Below are positions 15,901 to 28,649 of a stretch of 64,000 nt of DNA, piece by piece. The stretch is taken from the NCBI GenBank assembly GCA_020137815.1, contig CM035351.1:7688001-7752000 (forward strand). Direction: 5' to 3'. Position 1 is the stretch's first letter. Each line of letters begins with the position of its first letter. Below the pieces are notes generated by a model. That model worked only from the letters and a program-made list of their open reading frames with translations, had not been told where the DNA came from and ran no database searches. Source of the DNA: Hormiphora californensis (taxonomy: Eukaryota; Animalia; Ctenophora). Both the position numbers and the translations under genes were made by a program.

Positions 15901-18078
15901 TATTAAGGGCCTGTCGGCTCGGCTCCGTTGTTTTAGTTTTAGGGGGGATGTTTTAGGGGGGATGGGTTGAGTTTGGGTTATATTCGGGTCGGGGGGCCTT
16001 GCCAGGCCCCGAATGTTTTCTTAAAAAAGGTAAAACATCTTTGCATTTGCGATAGTCCCTTGTGGGTTGCCCATTGGGCGACCTAGGCACTCGAAGACGA
16101 AGAAGATGTTTAGTTAGTACTTCTACTTCTAGAATGGGAGCAAATGGGAGCCAGATCAATCGGAAGGCGGTAAATGTTAACCAGATCCGTGAGAATACCG
16201 CACGGTTTTAACCATAACCAAGCCATTTCTTGACCAACTTCCAAAACCTAAGGTTTTAAACCTTGGGCTCTTTGGAAAGAGGATATTGAGCTCGCTAAAA
16301 TGAGCCCAAGAAAAATAGGCCAGGGATTTTTTGTCATTTTGGGGCCATTTGGTGAACTGAGACAGGCAAAGGGCGTGGCCATTTTGGGCACTTTCTTCAC
16401 CTCGGTTGCCGTGGACAATTTTTTTGGTGGTTCTGGGACCCCATAGGAGTACAATACAAGTGGAAAACCTTTGTCTCAGTTCACCAATTAAGCAAAAAAT
16501 CCCTGGCCTAAAATGAAAATGGCGCAAAATGCGTGCCGTTGTGGCGAAAACACACATGCCGCCGCACATTTTACGCCGATTTTCATTTTCTTGGGCTCAT
16601 TTGAAACAGCTCAGTGTCCTCTTTCAAATGACCCCAATATTTTGCAAACTGGTCAAAAAATGGCTGAGTAAACAACGTTTTCTCATATCACAGAGTATTT
16701 GGTTAACATTCACCAGATAAATACCGGATTTCAGTGCGGGGATTGAATTGGTTGGCATTATATGTAAATTTGGACCTGTTTTAACGTATCATTATGATTA
16801 TGATATACTTCCGCTTTCATCTTGACCCCGTTTTGATCGGGTCTACTGCAGACAGAAAATTGTGAGATGTGCGCGCCGCGCATAGACATTCTTACTATAC
16901 TCAACGCTGACAATACGAACTTTCCATTGGAAAAGAAGCGACTGAAGAGCGGCGTTGCTTGGTGATTTCAGGGGCCAAGGAGAAAGTTAAAATCGTTTGT
17001 ATTACGTATGCCGTATGGAAGAGATGATTACGTAAATCTCTATATCAGATTATCAGAATGTGGAAATGATCCTCGTCTTTATCGACAGTTCCGGCAGTTA
17101 GTAATTACTGACTTGAAGAACTGATTTCATTCACTACTATAGCAACCTATAGTCGAATTTTTTAATCAAGGGACAGGGGCCGCGCATTTACAAAAGTCTT
17201 TTTGCGCGTGCTAAACGTTTTCGCTCATATCTCCTGTTCCTGATAAGATAAAGACTTGGTCTTTGTTGCGTTGAAAAGGTCTTAAAATTATCTTTCCAAC
17301 GCTTCCGGGTTCAAGTCTTAAGATTGCCAGGAACTTGATCTCGATTATCACGCGCAAATACAAAGCCGCGCGACCCCTCTGAATGCGCGGCCCCCTGTCC
17401 CTTGATTAAAAAATTCGACTTTAGCACTTCGCAATGGCAAATTAGATATTGTAGCCCCAAATAAACTTCTGGAGACCTACCTCTTTCTGTACGAGTGCAC
17501 GTTGTTTCTGTCTCGCCGCTTGATTCATGACAGGCGTCTTGTCAGTAGCCTGAAAATACGAAATTAGAAGTTTTATCTTCTGATATGAGAGAGAAACCAA
17601 ACCAGATGACTTGATAAATCTAGCTGAAAGAAGTGCCCCCCAACTAATTACTAAACTTGACTGAGTTGACAGGGCCACCCATCACACAAGTCACGATCTA
17701 CGAATATCCCCCGAATATCATTGGTTACGAAGTCACCCCTATTATTGCTTCCGCGGTGGGGTAATTCCATTACCAACGAATATCATGACATATAACTTTG
17801 AATCATGCACATATTTTAACATAATCTATGAGTGTACCTGCTTCTCTTGTACAGGATCGGTGTAGTTTTTCTGAGATTCCATAATCTTTTGGACCAGACC
17901 ACCGTGGGTACCACCACCACCACCACCACTGTTGCCCATTATGACGGGTGGCTGTCTGGGCATGTCCTCAGCTCCTTCATTGACATACATATCATCCACA
18001 TCTTCAGTAGTCGCGGCTGTGTCAGTAATAATCCCGGCAGGTGGCTCAGACCTGACAGAGAGAGAGAGAGACATGTGT

Positions 18079-18159
<81 letters not shown>

Positions 18160-18213
18160 CCTATGAAAACCTATGAAGAACGGTTTAGCGCTTAAGCGCT
18201 AGGTCTTACCTTT

Positions 18214-18290
<77 letters not shown>

Positions 18291-21200
18291 GAGAGAGGGA
18301 GAGAAAATTTAAAATTGATTCGATTGACGTACGGGCAGGAACCGGAAGGATATGACAGTTTGAAGTTTACTGGTCAGCGGAGGAAGTTTGTTTGAGCGGT
18401 TAGAGAGATGTGGAAAAACGGTTATCTGATGTTGGATCTCAAGGTAGCAAGAGGAGATAGAGAGAGATCATAGAGAGAGGGGGGACTGCAGCGAGAGGGG
18501 GGACTGCGAGAGGTGGAAAGAGAAGGGGGAAAGAAAGTGGATGATATGACCAGAAAGATCACTATATCTCCACCCGGGTAGAAAACGTTGACCAAAACAC
18601 ATCCCCACTCACGCGTTACGACGTTAGAATTTCATTAAACATTCTGAGGTCTGAGGACAGTTTAATGCAATGGGGGAGTTATACCTTAATGGAACGTCTG
18701 CTTGTCTTTCCTCTTCCTTTTTCCTTATTTTCGGGGGAGCAGGTCGAGCACTTGTGGGTCGTTCCCTCCTTACACTGCAACAAAAAGAGTTATTCTATTG
18801 GTAGTGCCTTCCTTTGCCCAAACAGCATTTTATAATTTAGTGATAATTACCAGGTTACTATAAAGTAACTATACTACTTAGTTAACAACTACATGACACG
18901 TTTGGTAATGAAATTCCCCATCTGCGCTAGCTCACGGATATGCAATAATAGGGGTGACTTCGTGATTATAATTATGTAGTTATATATTACCCAGCAGTAA
19001 TTGGAATTGCGTTGTCCCCAGTTGTGGCCCCTGTTACTGCCTCTGCGTAGGTGGGCTTGTGTTGTTCACCTGTGTGATCAGTGTATCTATTAGTTCCCAG
19101 ATTTAAGGAGAGATAAGTTTGTAGAGGGATGGTTCCCAGATTTAAAGCTGCAAATTGTAGCCTGCTATGTACTATTATAATAATTCAGGTAAGGTGTTCT
19201 CTGTTCAATCAATACATTCCCTCGATTCCTCTCCCACTTCAAGAGCTGCTGTTGCCTGTATATTAGGTCTCTGTTTCTCACCATTCCACTCTCTCTCTCT
19301 CTCCATCTACCAATATTATTTCGCAATTTCCAATAGCATAGAGTAAAGGTGAGCTCGATTTATTAATCGTCCATTAACCTGGTTCTGATGGATCTGGTCT
19401 TCGTCGTGCCCCCTTTGCTGAGGAGGGTCTTGGTATTCTGGCAGTGCTTGCTTGTGATTCCTGCTCCCCCTGAACTCCATTGCTCAGGGACTCGTCAGCA
19501 GCAGCACCCTACACGTGAAGGGTGTGTTAGGGGTGACAGGTCTGACAGGTTATAATTGAGATGGAATTAGTGCAACTTATAGACTGGAACTTTGGAAGAC
19601 CCAGTACATGACATGACACACTATAGAGTGTAACCGCCACACTGTCCCCGCTACCGGCTGTTACTGCGCTGTGGGGGGTAGCGGCTGCGTTAGCAGAATG
19701 ATCACTTATCAGTGATCATGCTCCAACGCAATCAATGGTCATTATTGATCCAAATGATGTATTGCTTGACTATTCTTGAGTCTCATGATCAGGATAACAG
19801 TTCATTGGACAGAAGAAGACTTGCTGGATATATTGTTGTTTGGAACAACAATAGATCCAATGAGTATTTTTCCGTCCAATTAATAAATGCATGATATATT
19901 GATCAGTCTTCTCACGTGCACGGAAACTCACCTGGTCAGCGGGAGCATCAGTTTCAGTTTGCTCTGCCTCCTTTTGTCGCTTCCTTCTCTCCTCCTTCTC
20001 CCGCTTTTCATCCGATTCCTTCTGTGCTTCCCTCGCTTTCTTCTCCGCTTCTTTCTGGTCTTCTTTTTCCTTTTTCAGGTGTGCCTCCTTAGCAGCTTTG
20101 TCATCTACTGGCTCCGCATCTTCCCGTTTACTCGACTTTTCACGGCGACCCCGCTTGTCTGATTTCTCTTTTCGCTCCTTTGAGTCACCACCTGCTCTTG
20201 CGCCACCTCTTTCCTTGGAGCTTGATTGTTCCCTTTTCCCGCGGGTCTTAGAACTTTCTCGCTCTTTACTTGATTTTGGCTTTCGTTCTTCGTCTTTTGC
20301 AGCACGTTTAGTCTTTCCCTCCGTTTTGGCGGACCTAAAACATGAAAATCTCATTATACGTAGACAGTAGACACACCTCGTCTCATACAGCTGTCACAGA
20401 CAGCAGTTTAATTTCCAAGCTTTTCCTAGAAAACTGATCATGAAAGTACTCACTCTCCCTTTTTAGATGGTTTTTCGCCTTTTCTAACTCGTTTCACAAC
20501 TTCACCATCAGGCTGAAATAATACTTTCCGTAAGCAGTAAGTAATATAATTACACCACTGATCCACTCGCTCCTTGAGAAAATGAACAAGCCCTCCCCGA
20601 CTAATATAATTAATAATGAATAGACATACTACTGCAGTACTTACTCCTTTCGCGGCACATTTTCCAAGAAGTTGTAAAAATTCATTTGTTTTCTCGGCCT
20701 CTTGACCCGCGATGATTTTATTGGCTCTCACGCTGAGTGGTGCTCCGACAGAAAAACCTTTAAGGGAAATAGATATTAGTTTTACTAATAGTAGTATGGT
20801 ATATCTAAAAGCTTAAAAAGACCCAGATATCAGTGGTGTAATAGCTGAATTATATTTAATATCCCTCAGTTATAGTGGTACTATCATGGTGAAATATAAT
20901 ATCAAAAAACGTACCAACTGCATCTATTGCCTTCTGAAGGTACGCCAACTTCTGTTCCTTCTCCTAAAAAGAAAAATAGTTGAAAAAGTAGATCACGTGT
21001 TCATCAGTTTACTTGCCTTGCTCGACCCGCGCCTCGCCCTCTTTTAGAAATGTAAACATAATAACATAACAGCAGTTAACCACCTAACTAAAACTATACC
21101 TTGACATTAGCTGAAGCTTTCTCATTTTCTTCATATAGGCCCTCTAGATAACCTGAATTCTTTGTGACCTGTCAAAAGGATAAATTTTATATTCAATTCA

Positions 21201-21370
21201 CTTGACAACTCAATCCTTGCTTAGATGATTTACAACTTCAATACCTCTGATATAATGTCATGTAGGTATCTGAAGGGGGGCTTTGAAAGGAGTTTTTCTG
21301 TGAGAGGAGGCTTCTTAATCACTTTTGTCAAACTATCCTGGGTTTTCTTGATTATCGCTGAATCGACCAT
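9947..21370 (-). CDS. TRAF3IP1: Intraflagellar transport protein 54 (TRAF3IP1/MIP-T3), multi-exon
   Basis: N-terminal CH-like [67 protein letters not shown]-rich linker, [13 protein letters not shown], coiled-coil [28 protein letters not shown], last exon 10033-9947 [28 protein letters not shown]. Confidence 0.93.
10306..12252. mobile_element. Outer imperfect-palindromic element built of multiple hairpins, interrupted by the Merlin-like insertion
   Basis: Ends GAGCCGTTCTAAACGAGACAAAAT...TATGAGGCAGTT and AACCGCCTCATACATTTTGTCTCCTCTAGAAAGGCTC are inverted; recurrent TATGAGGCAGTTATAACT motif; long hairpin at ~10365-10415. Confidence 0.6.
10563..11987. mobile_element. Foldback DNA element with GG termini and 8-bp TSD (Merlin-like), long modular inverted arms
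   Basis: Terminal IR GGCAGGTCGGTAGAACTTCGACAGAATTTAGGG; TSD GCAAAACG at 10555-10562 and 11988-11995; arms contain 15-17-bp AATTTAGGGTAGGTCTG repeats and ~60-bp subrepeats; no transposase ORF. Confidence 0.85.
13121..13635 (+). mobile_element. Helentron-associated (HINE/DINE-1-like) non-autonomous element inserted into direct-repeat element copy 3
   Basis: 5' subTIR TTTCCCTGCC followed by hairpins GGGTGAATGCCGAAGGCATTTACCC and ATGCCTTTGCAAAAAGGCAT; 3' subTIR GGCGGGGAAA followed by palindrome GCATTATGAAACATAATGC; T-rich junctions. Confidence 0.6.
14143..15890. repeat. Head-to-tail duplication of a ~448-bp unit (second copy split by the 820-bp palindrome)
   Basis: Units start CTCGACCAAAACGCGGAG at 14143 and 14591, contain AATTACAT microrepeats and end in (TATGGTT)n; copy 2 resumes at ~15675. 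Confidence 0.8.
14854..15674. mobile_element. ~820-bp foldback/MITE with ~330-bp inverted arms
   Basis: TAGTCAGGACCACTATTGG... and ...CCAATAGTGGTCCTGACTA; arms ~14854-15186 and 15342-15674, ~155-bp spacer; absent from the first tandem unit. Confidence 0.85.
16170..16714. mobile_element. Degenerate long-IR MITE-like element
   Basis: GGTAAATGTTAACCAGAT / ATTTGGTTAACATTCACC ends plus internal inverted blocks (AAATGAGCCCAAGAAAA / TTTTCTTGGGCTCATTT; GGCCAGGGATTTTTT / AAAAAATCCCTGGCC). Confidence 0.6.
17150..17421. mobile_element. TA-flanked MITE (Tc1/mariner-type target)
   Basis: ~38-bp TIR AGTCGAATTTTTTAATCAAGGGACAGGGGCCGCGCATT, TA on both sides. Confidence 0.8.
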
Positions 21371-21543
21371 TGTCGCTATGCAAAGATTTGAATTATAATT
21401 TGAATTAGAAAATTCGTTAACTAAGTTCCTATATTTCAAGAAGCTTTTAAATAAGAATTGTTTTCTAAGAAACCACGAGATTAAGCAATCCAAAAACTCA
21501 GAAACTAAACTAAAATAAGTTAGGGATGTGTATTTTGTTGTAT

Positions 21544-21675
<132 letters not shown>

Positions 21676-21717
21676 TTTCTCTGATTTAATCCTCGGAAAC
21701 ACAGTTCAGTAGGGATA

Positions 21718-23786
21718 ATGGACTGGTCAAGTTTGATGATTTTCAGTGTCTGCTGTGTCTTCTCATGTCTGGGCAACGCAACGACCCTTACTGTTTACTG
21801 GGTTTATCGGACCGCCCGAACTGTCAGTACTACACTCCTAGCCCATCTGGCCTTTATAGACCTTCTCGTGGGTGGAACGGTCATATTCCCGTGTCTCATA
21901 GGGTAAGTAATATTTCATCTGGTGGTGAATAGTGATGTAATTATGATTATATAACCACTAAAACATATAATCCAGGGTGGTTGATAATTCTGAAGATGAA
22001 GACTTGCTCGAAAGGCACCCACTATACTGTATCGTTGTAAGCTACTTCTCCCTCCTAGCGACGAATCTTTCCTACATAACCCTCTGCTTTATCGCTCTCG
22101 ACACATGCCTCCTTCTCCATTACCCTTTCCGTTATAAGTGGGTATTTATTTCAGAATATTCCATTACTTAAGATTTATTTATAACACGGTAACTTAGCAA
22201 GCTGAATATATTGCTGCATGCCATCCAGTTCAATAATCAACTTTTCGTTTTCTCTATTATTGGCTTTAGAATCTGCCACAGAAAGACCGACAGAAAAACA
22301 TGAAAATGGCTGAAATGAAAACGCTAACCCTTCTAAGTTCTAACGTCATGCTGTCCTCGTCAGATCAATTGTCACTATAAGGAAGGTGAACTTGACCATG
22401 TTGTTCGTTTGGCCGATCACAAGTGCCATCTTACTTCCTCTTAACATCGCCAATGGATCCTTTTACGTGGAGTTCATTTACACATGTACAATGGCTGAAA
22501 ACCCCGCCTACAGAACCATCAATGATGTTGTCAGTATCTCCCAGGTAGGCTGGTACACATGCTAAAACTACTGATTCTGCAATTTCAACTCCTTCTGAAC
22601 AATCGGAACAAGTGACTTAATTATTTAAAATTGATGTCTACTAAATAATCACTAACTACTCACATAGTAATGACAGAAGATTAGCTCTCTATTCTCTAAC
22701 AGTGGTCATCCGACATAATCCGACGTGGGATCCGACGTGGGATTCTACGTGGGATTCGAACCAATGAGAGAGACGTGCCACGCTAAGCAAATGCTGTCAC
22801 GCTTCAAAGCTTCTCTCTCCTTAGTCTACGTCTCTCTCATGACGAATGAGTGCGCATGCACACGTCGAATCCCACGTCGAGCTGTGACAATTATGTCGGA
22901 TGACTACTGTAACAACTCATTAATTTCAGTACGTTTATCGAGGGGCAATATTATCCGTCATGATCGTCAGTTATGCACTAATCCTGATAAAAACTACCAG
23001 ACACCTTCGAAATGCACCATCACCGGTAGGACACCCTGAGAATCTCATACATAATACATTTAATGGCGTGTTGTATAAAACTCTTTTAATATTTTAGGAA
23101 ATGCCGAGGTTCGCGACAAAGGCAGCATTCACAGTGTTGGCGGTTTTGCTGGTATTTGTGGTGTGTTGGTTGCCCCTTTCCATCGTTGATGTAGTCTACC
23201 AGGTACTTTACATATTCTGACACACAGCCAGATCGTGAGTTACAGCATAATACATGGCGTGCCCCAGCCGTCTAGTTGACCGAGCTATAAATTGGCACGT
23301 AGGGCTGGTCCCCAGACTGCAAGTTTAGTACTCCAGGGTAGTTTAACATTTGTTTTGGTGTCCATCTCCAATTCTGAGTTGACACACAGATCGTGAGTTG
23401 AGTCAGTTGACACAATATGATAATGTATTAATTACACCATATATCTCTACAACAGGTCAGTTTGAAACTGGAGAGAGATGCGATAATACCACCATTGCCA
23501 ATATTAGCCCTTCTTCACAATCTACACTATGTTCCGTGTGCATTAAACCCCATAATTTACGCCGCCAGACAACAGCAATTGCGTACACAGGTATAAATAT
23601 AACTTTGATGACGGTCCGATGTAACATTTCATACACCAAAATTTTGATCTTCTGACCAGATTTTACTTTCAGTTTATTCGTCTGATAGTTCGACGGTTTT
23701 TCCCGAGAGGCCCATCGGCAATTCAGAGAAGCATTGCTACTAAGATACGGAGAGAGGGCCGAACTACTAAATCTAGCGGTGTATAG
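21718..23786 (+). CDS. Class A (rhodopsin-like) GPCR, ~7 exons
   Basis: TM1 LGN, TM2 LLAHLAFIDLLVG, TM3 LCFIALDTC (DRY variant) + YPFRY, TM4 W, TM5 VSYALI, TM6 FVVCWLP, TM7 LNPIIY; in-phase GT-AG introns; stop TAG 23784-23786. Confidence 0.88.
22700..22909. mobile_element. MITE in GPCR intron flanked by TAA
   Basis: TIR CAGTGGTCATCCGACATAAT / ATTATGTCGGATGACTACTG with TAA on both sides; internal CGACGTGGGAT repeats. Confidence 0.7.
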
Positions 23787-25144
23787 ATTGAATTCAATAT
23801 TGTTAAAACTAGCAAGAACTGAGATCTATTCGGTGAGATTCGTTCATTCCCGTCTACTCTAAATCAGCTACTAAGGTGGTCCCCATTAAAGTTGAGTTAT
23901 TTTATGCAGAATCCTGGTAACGTGTTAGACTTCTAGAACTTCGTGCACAACGAAAGAGCTAGAGTTTAGAGTGGGGAACCAATGTCTTATTAATATTATT
24001 ATTAATTATTTAATGTTCAGTGTTATTTTACGTTGTTCAAAACTGCTTTAACTGCTTTAATTGCTGTGTGCTGAGAATTCGCTGACCCTATTATAATACA
24101 TTGCAATTAGCAATTCAAACATTTCGTATTTCTTTTAGATGAAAATAGTTAGAAGAAGGCATTATTCCGGCCATTACTACCGGGGTCAATCATGTGGCTG
24201 CAGAGTTTAACATCTGTCAAACCGTGGACACAGGTCACATTGGCGTGTCAATATGTACAAGGAGTGACAAATGTTAGCGTGAGGAGGTCTAAAAAAGAGT
24301 TAGAAATTGGTAATATGTTTTCGCCCACTTCTATTCCAACTCACCACTTCCTGAGTTCCTGATTTACCCAGTGTTTGTCTTGTTGGATAAACCAAATGAA
24401 AACTACTGACCCGAAACCTGGTCAAACCAGGCAGTGCAAACTCGCTCACTCGCTTTCCAAGACTATGGTTCCACTTTTTGAAGTTTCCGCATTCTTAGCT
24501 TCGTTGGCTATTCTCCAGGCCAATGTATATAATGGAGTACCGTACATTGAGTCCTTATTTTGTCTGGATATCCACTATCCAGGTACCACTGGTAAGTTAC
24601 TGAGAAGAATTATGTTTTACGATCTAGAAGTATTATTTCATATTCTTATGAAACCCGATAGCTGATTTATCAGTCGTTTGAACATTTTACGCGCACTCGA
24701 TAACTGCGAGCTGGGGGATTTAACACCCTGCTCGCTATTTATCAGACCAGTGCCCTTTTTCACGCGTTTCTCTTCATTTCCATAACATGCGTGTAAATTT
24801 CCAAGTAATGAAAATGTGTGTAAACACACAGTTCTGTCAATAACAGAGAGGGGAACACATCTGCAACACTTTTCAATGTTATCTCTCTCATCAAGAGGCA
24901 AAATAATCGCATTCCATTCGTTTCTCTCTCTCATTCTCTCTTTTACTGTTCAATATCTCTCAATGTGTGTATTGGCCCCAATCTTGCTCTCTCTTACTCA
25001 AATATGTAAGGAACAGTTGCAACTAGGTGCCAGTTAGTCTACACACAGTTTGGGGACGTCTTTTGACTATATTGCCAGCAGTCCTTGTGTGTTTCACCTT
25101 GTGTTGTGTCTCTTATTTGCGTGTAATTACTATCGGGTTTCATA

Positions 25145-25342
25145 AACTATGAACGTTTGTTAGCCTATCGCGTTATAGGTTTAAATCACCTCCCCCTCAC
25201 CCTCGGCTGCGCCTCGGGATCGGCGTCGGGATTTAAACCAGTTTAATCGCCCTGCCGGGCGATTAAACTCCAGTTGGCTGTCCCCGGCTCGCGCTGGGAA
25301 CAGCCAACTTCATAACGCACCAGTCTACAAACGTTCATAGTT
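25145..25342. mobile_element. Multi-hairpin (cloverleaf-like) small element
   Basis: Terminal IR AACTATGAACGTTTGT / ACAAACGTTCATAGTT enclosing three stem-loops. Confidence 0.6.
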
Positions 25343-25564
25343 CATTTACCGACGACAGACGATCTGGTGGTGACGAAGACGATCTGGTGGTGATTCCGAA
25401 AGGATGATCCGGCACTATGCTGTCTCGCCTGTTCGGCGAGACTTGGCTGTGTGACTGTTTACAGTCCCAGATGAGCGGCCCAAACCAAACCAAACCAAAC
25501 CACTGGTACGGGGTCGGGGGTACAGGGGTCGGTTTGGCATCTGCTTCAACCATTCTTAAAGAAG

Positions 25565-25651
25565 TACAGTCGGACCCCGATTTAACGGCCCCCGATTTAA
25601 CGGCAGGATAATCTTCCCGCGAGGGTGCCGTTAAATCGGGGTCCGACTGTA
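25565..25651. mobile_element. Tc1/pogo(Tigger)-type MITE
   Basis: TA-CAGTCGGACCCCGATTTAACGG ... CCGTTAAATCGGGGTCCGACTG-TA. Confidence 0.85.
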
Positions 25652-26450
25652 CTTTGAACGTAGCTACGTGAGGTTTTTGGCTAAGTCCAAACATTGAGGT
25701 CTTGGGAAAGAGTTCCAAAAATCGGGATTGTTGATTTAGGTCTCTCAAGAAACGAAGGAGTTGTGGAAATTTTGAATTTCGAGGCCAACGACGATTGTGT
25801 GCTAGTTGGAGATGTTTTGGTAACAACGAATTACGATATTGTTTGGTGACCCACCGTTTTTTAACGCTCCCGTAACTCCACTGTTGGCCATTTCCCAGTC
25901 CTAGACCATTCTTGATTCTCGTCTACGTTGGAGCATGGAGGGAACAAGATTCGCGCAAAATTCATTATTCCGAGGCTCGGCCCTCGGAATCCGAGGAGAG
26001 CAAACACAGTGAGTGCTCCATTGTTCGACATACGCTGTAGCCCCTCCCCGAACACTGTGTTCCAGCGCGAGCAAGCCCGGGTAAGGAATAGGGATCGATG
26101 GGGAAAAGCCCCCCGAAAATTGTGTTTTTGTCAAAAATGTCAAAATTCGAAAAAGTTCGATACAAATTTTTTCGGGCCTTTTTGTACCACGCGAACGCGC
26201 GCTTTCATAAAGCATCGTTGTATGTCATTTTTAAGCTCGTTCCATTTAAATTGTTCGGTTGCGACGCCGCGTTTCAGGATTACACAACTCAAATTGTGTG
26301 CACAAGGGCTATCGATTCTCTAACAGATACCGTTTAGTTTACTCAAATTGGCCATGTGGTTGCGTGGCTATAGCCGTTTGAAAAAAGTCGGTCTAAGTGT
26401 ACTCTTTTGGTAGCGCGCACCTGTAAACAGGCTGCAAGGCACCCAGATTA

Positions 26451-26724
26451 AAGTCCGTTTCAAGCGACTTGACCCGTAATTCTTGGAATTTGGCGCATTG
26501 CCCGTGTATTTACAAAGGGGAAATCCTGAATTTCCAGGAATCTCAGGTCAAGTCGTTTGAAACGCACTTTATAAAGTCCATTTTTTTTCAACTGTTCACC
26601 CAAAATTGAAATTTCAGTGAAATTTAGAATTTTGTGGCGCGCGCTACACGTTAACATGTGATAGACGCGCAAAACAATTCCGTGCACGACTTTGGGGGGT
26701 GAACAGTTGAAAAAAAAAGGAGTA
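26451..26724. mobile_element. Two MITEs stacked at one TA site
   Basis: 119-bp MITE (26451-26569) abutting a second with TTTTTCAACTGTTCACC IRs; the duplicated host sequence at ~26980-27112 shows the empty site (CAGATTATAATCGCG). Confidence 0.8.
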
Positions 26725-27855
26725 TAATCGCGCCCGGAAAACGTTAAAATCTGGGGGCGCCGTTACGGAAAACGTTTGGAATGCGCTTCAGCCCCCTCAT
26801 GCGCACACCCCCGCAACGATAAGGGGCCTGCAGCGTATGCCAAGGAAAACGTTAAAATCTGGGTGCCTTTCATTGCTAACAATTCGTAGTTTTAGCGTGT
26901 GCGACGGGTTAGGGCTATCCGTTAGGGTCTGGTTAGGGTTTGGTTTGGGGTTATCGGTTAGGGCTATCGATTCTCTATCAGGTACCGTTTAATTTACTCG
27001 AATTGGCCATGTGGTTGCGTGGCTATAGCTGTTTGAAAAAATTCGGTCTAAGTGTACTCTTTTGGTAGCGCGCACCTGTAAACAGGCTGCAAGGCACCCA
27101 GATTATAATCGCGCTCCGCCGTTACGATCTGGGTGTTTCGAGGTCTGTTTACAGGTGTGTGCTGCCAAAAAGTTGATTCACTAAAATGGCCCTAACCGCC
27201 AAACCACTCAACCGTTTTGGCTAATTCAAAGTTTATCTGGTAGGGAATGTCAAGGCCTAACCCCAACCCAAACCCCAACCCTAACCATAACCCTACTTTA
27301 GAGTTTAGCCCTAACCCTGATAAACCGTGAATGCTGAGTGCAAACACCCAGATTTTAACGTTTCCTGATTTTTGCCCGAAATTCGACCCATCCCCCATAA
27401 GCGTGAAAACGAGCAGTTTTTGTCAATTTTAAATCGTTTGGGTATGATGAAACACGGGGGAGAAATTTGTATCGAATTTTTGGTTTACAGTGACCTTACA
27501 GGCGTTTTAACCGTTTTTAGATAAAATTACTACCGATGCCTGGCGCCTTAATTATTGAAATTAGCTTTTAATTGTCCTGATTCAACTAGGAGCAATTCAT
27601 AAAAAAAGGGGACACACAGGAGTTTCACCACAGCATGAGTGGTAAAACTCCTCTCATATGTGTCTCAGTAACTTATTTCTATGATTTGGCTGTTATGTGG
27701 GCGGCCCTCACTCTCCTCTTGTAAGACTCCACTGAATATCATGACTAGGGAGATGGGAGAGGTAGCCTTTCAAGGATATTATATGTTAAACCGATAACCT
27801 GTCTGTAGGACAGTGTTGAAAGATTTTATAGGGATTCCTCTAGCCATCTTGTAAC

Positions 27856-28226
27856 CAGGACGCATATCTCACATCGTATTGCAGTCAGGACTCATATCTC
27901 ACATCGAATTGCAGTCAGGACTCATATCTCACATCGTATTGCAGTCAGGACTCATATCTCACATCGTATTGCAGCCATGACGCATATCTCACATCGTATT
28001 GCAGCCAGGACGCATATCTCACATCGTATTGCAGCCAGGACTCATATCTCACATCGAATTGCAGCCAGGACGCATATCTCACATCGAATTGCAGCCAGGA
28101 CTCATATCTCACATCGTATTGCAGCCATGACTCATATCTCACATCGAATTGCAGCCATGACTCATATCTCACATCGAATTGCAGTCAGGACTCATATCTC
28201 ACATCGAATTGCAGCCAGGACTCATT
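27856..28226. repeat. 30-bp minisatellite, ~12 copies
   Basis: Unit GCAGCCAGGACTCATATCTCACATCG(T/A)ATT with no unique spacers. Confidence 0.95.
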
Positions 28227-28649
28227 AGGTTCATTTTGGAGGTAATGAAAACACGAGGTTTTAAGGAAAAGATGACAAATATTTTATGACAAAAATGATA
28301 TAACATGAGAGTTAAAGACCTTCTCAATAAAAAGTGTGGTTAATAATAAAACCAGATGCAATGGTTTATGCATAGGTGTCTCTAGCTATGAACGACGCAA
28401 ATAATGCTCGCTTTATTTTGTTATTACCATAATCACCTAAAGTCCTCTCTCTCTCTCTCTATCGTGTGAGTGTCTTTGAAAAGCACTCCTTTTTAAAAGT
28501 CCTGGCCAGCCTGCTTTCTCAAAAATATGTTACACTATGTTCATTAAATAACTTTTTAGCGTTTCATCTATCTCCTACCCCTGACGCTATAATAATGCTC
28601 TGTCTCAGAGTCCGTGTGTGTGTGCCGTGTGTGGTTTGTGAAAATCAGT

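Noticed and set aside
22749-22762. Pol III B-box-like GGTTCGAATCCC (reverse strand) suggesting a tRNA/SINE
   Set aside because: No cloverleaf or A-box; it is a variant of the MITE's internal CGACGTGGGAT repeat.
27856-28226. 30-bp repeat array as CRISPR or as a repeat protein (RYESWLQFDV)n
   Set aside because: No unique spacers, no cas genes, eukaryotic context; ORFs are a by-product of a stop-free unit.
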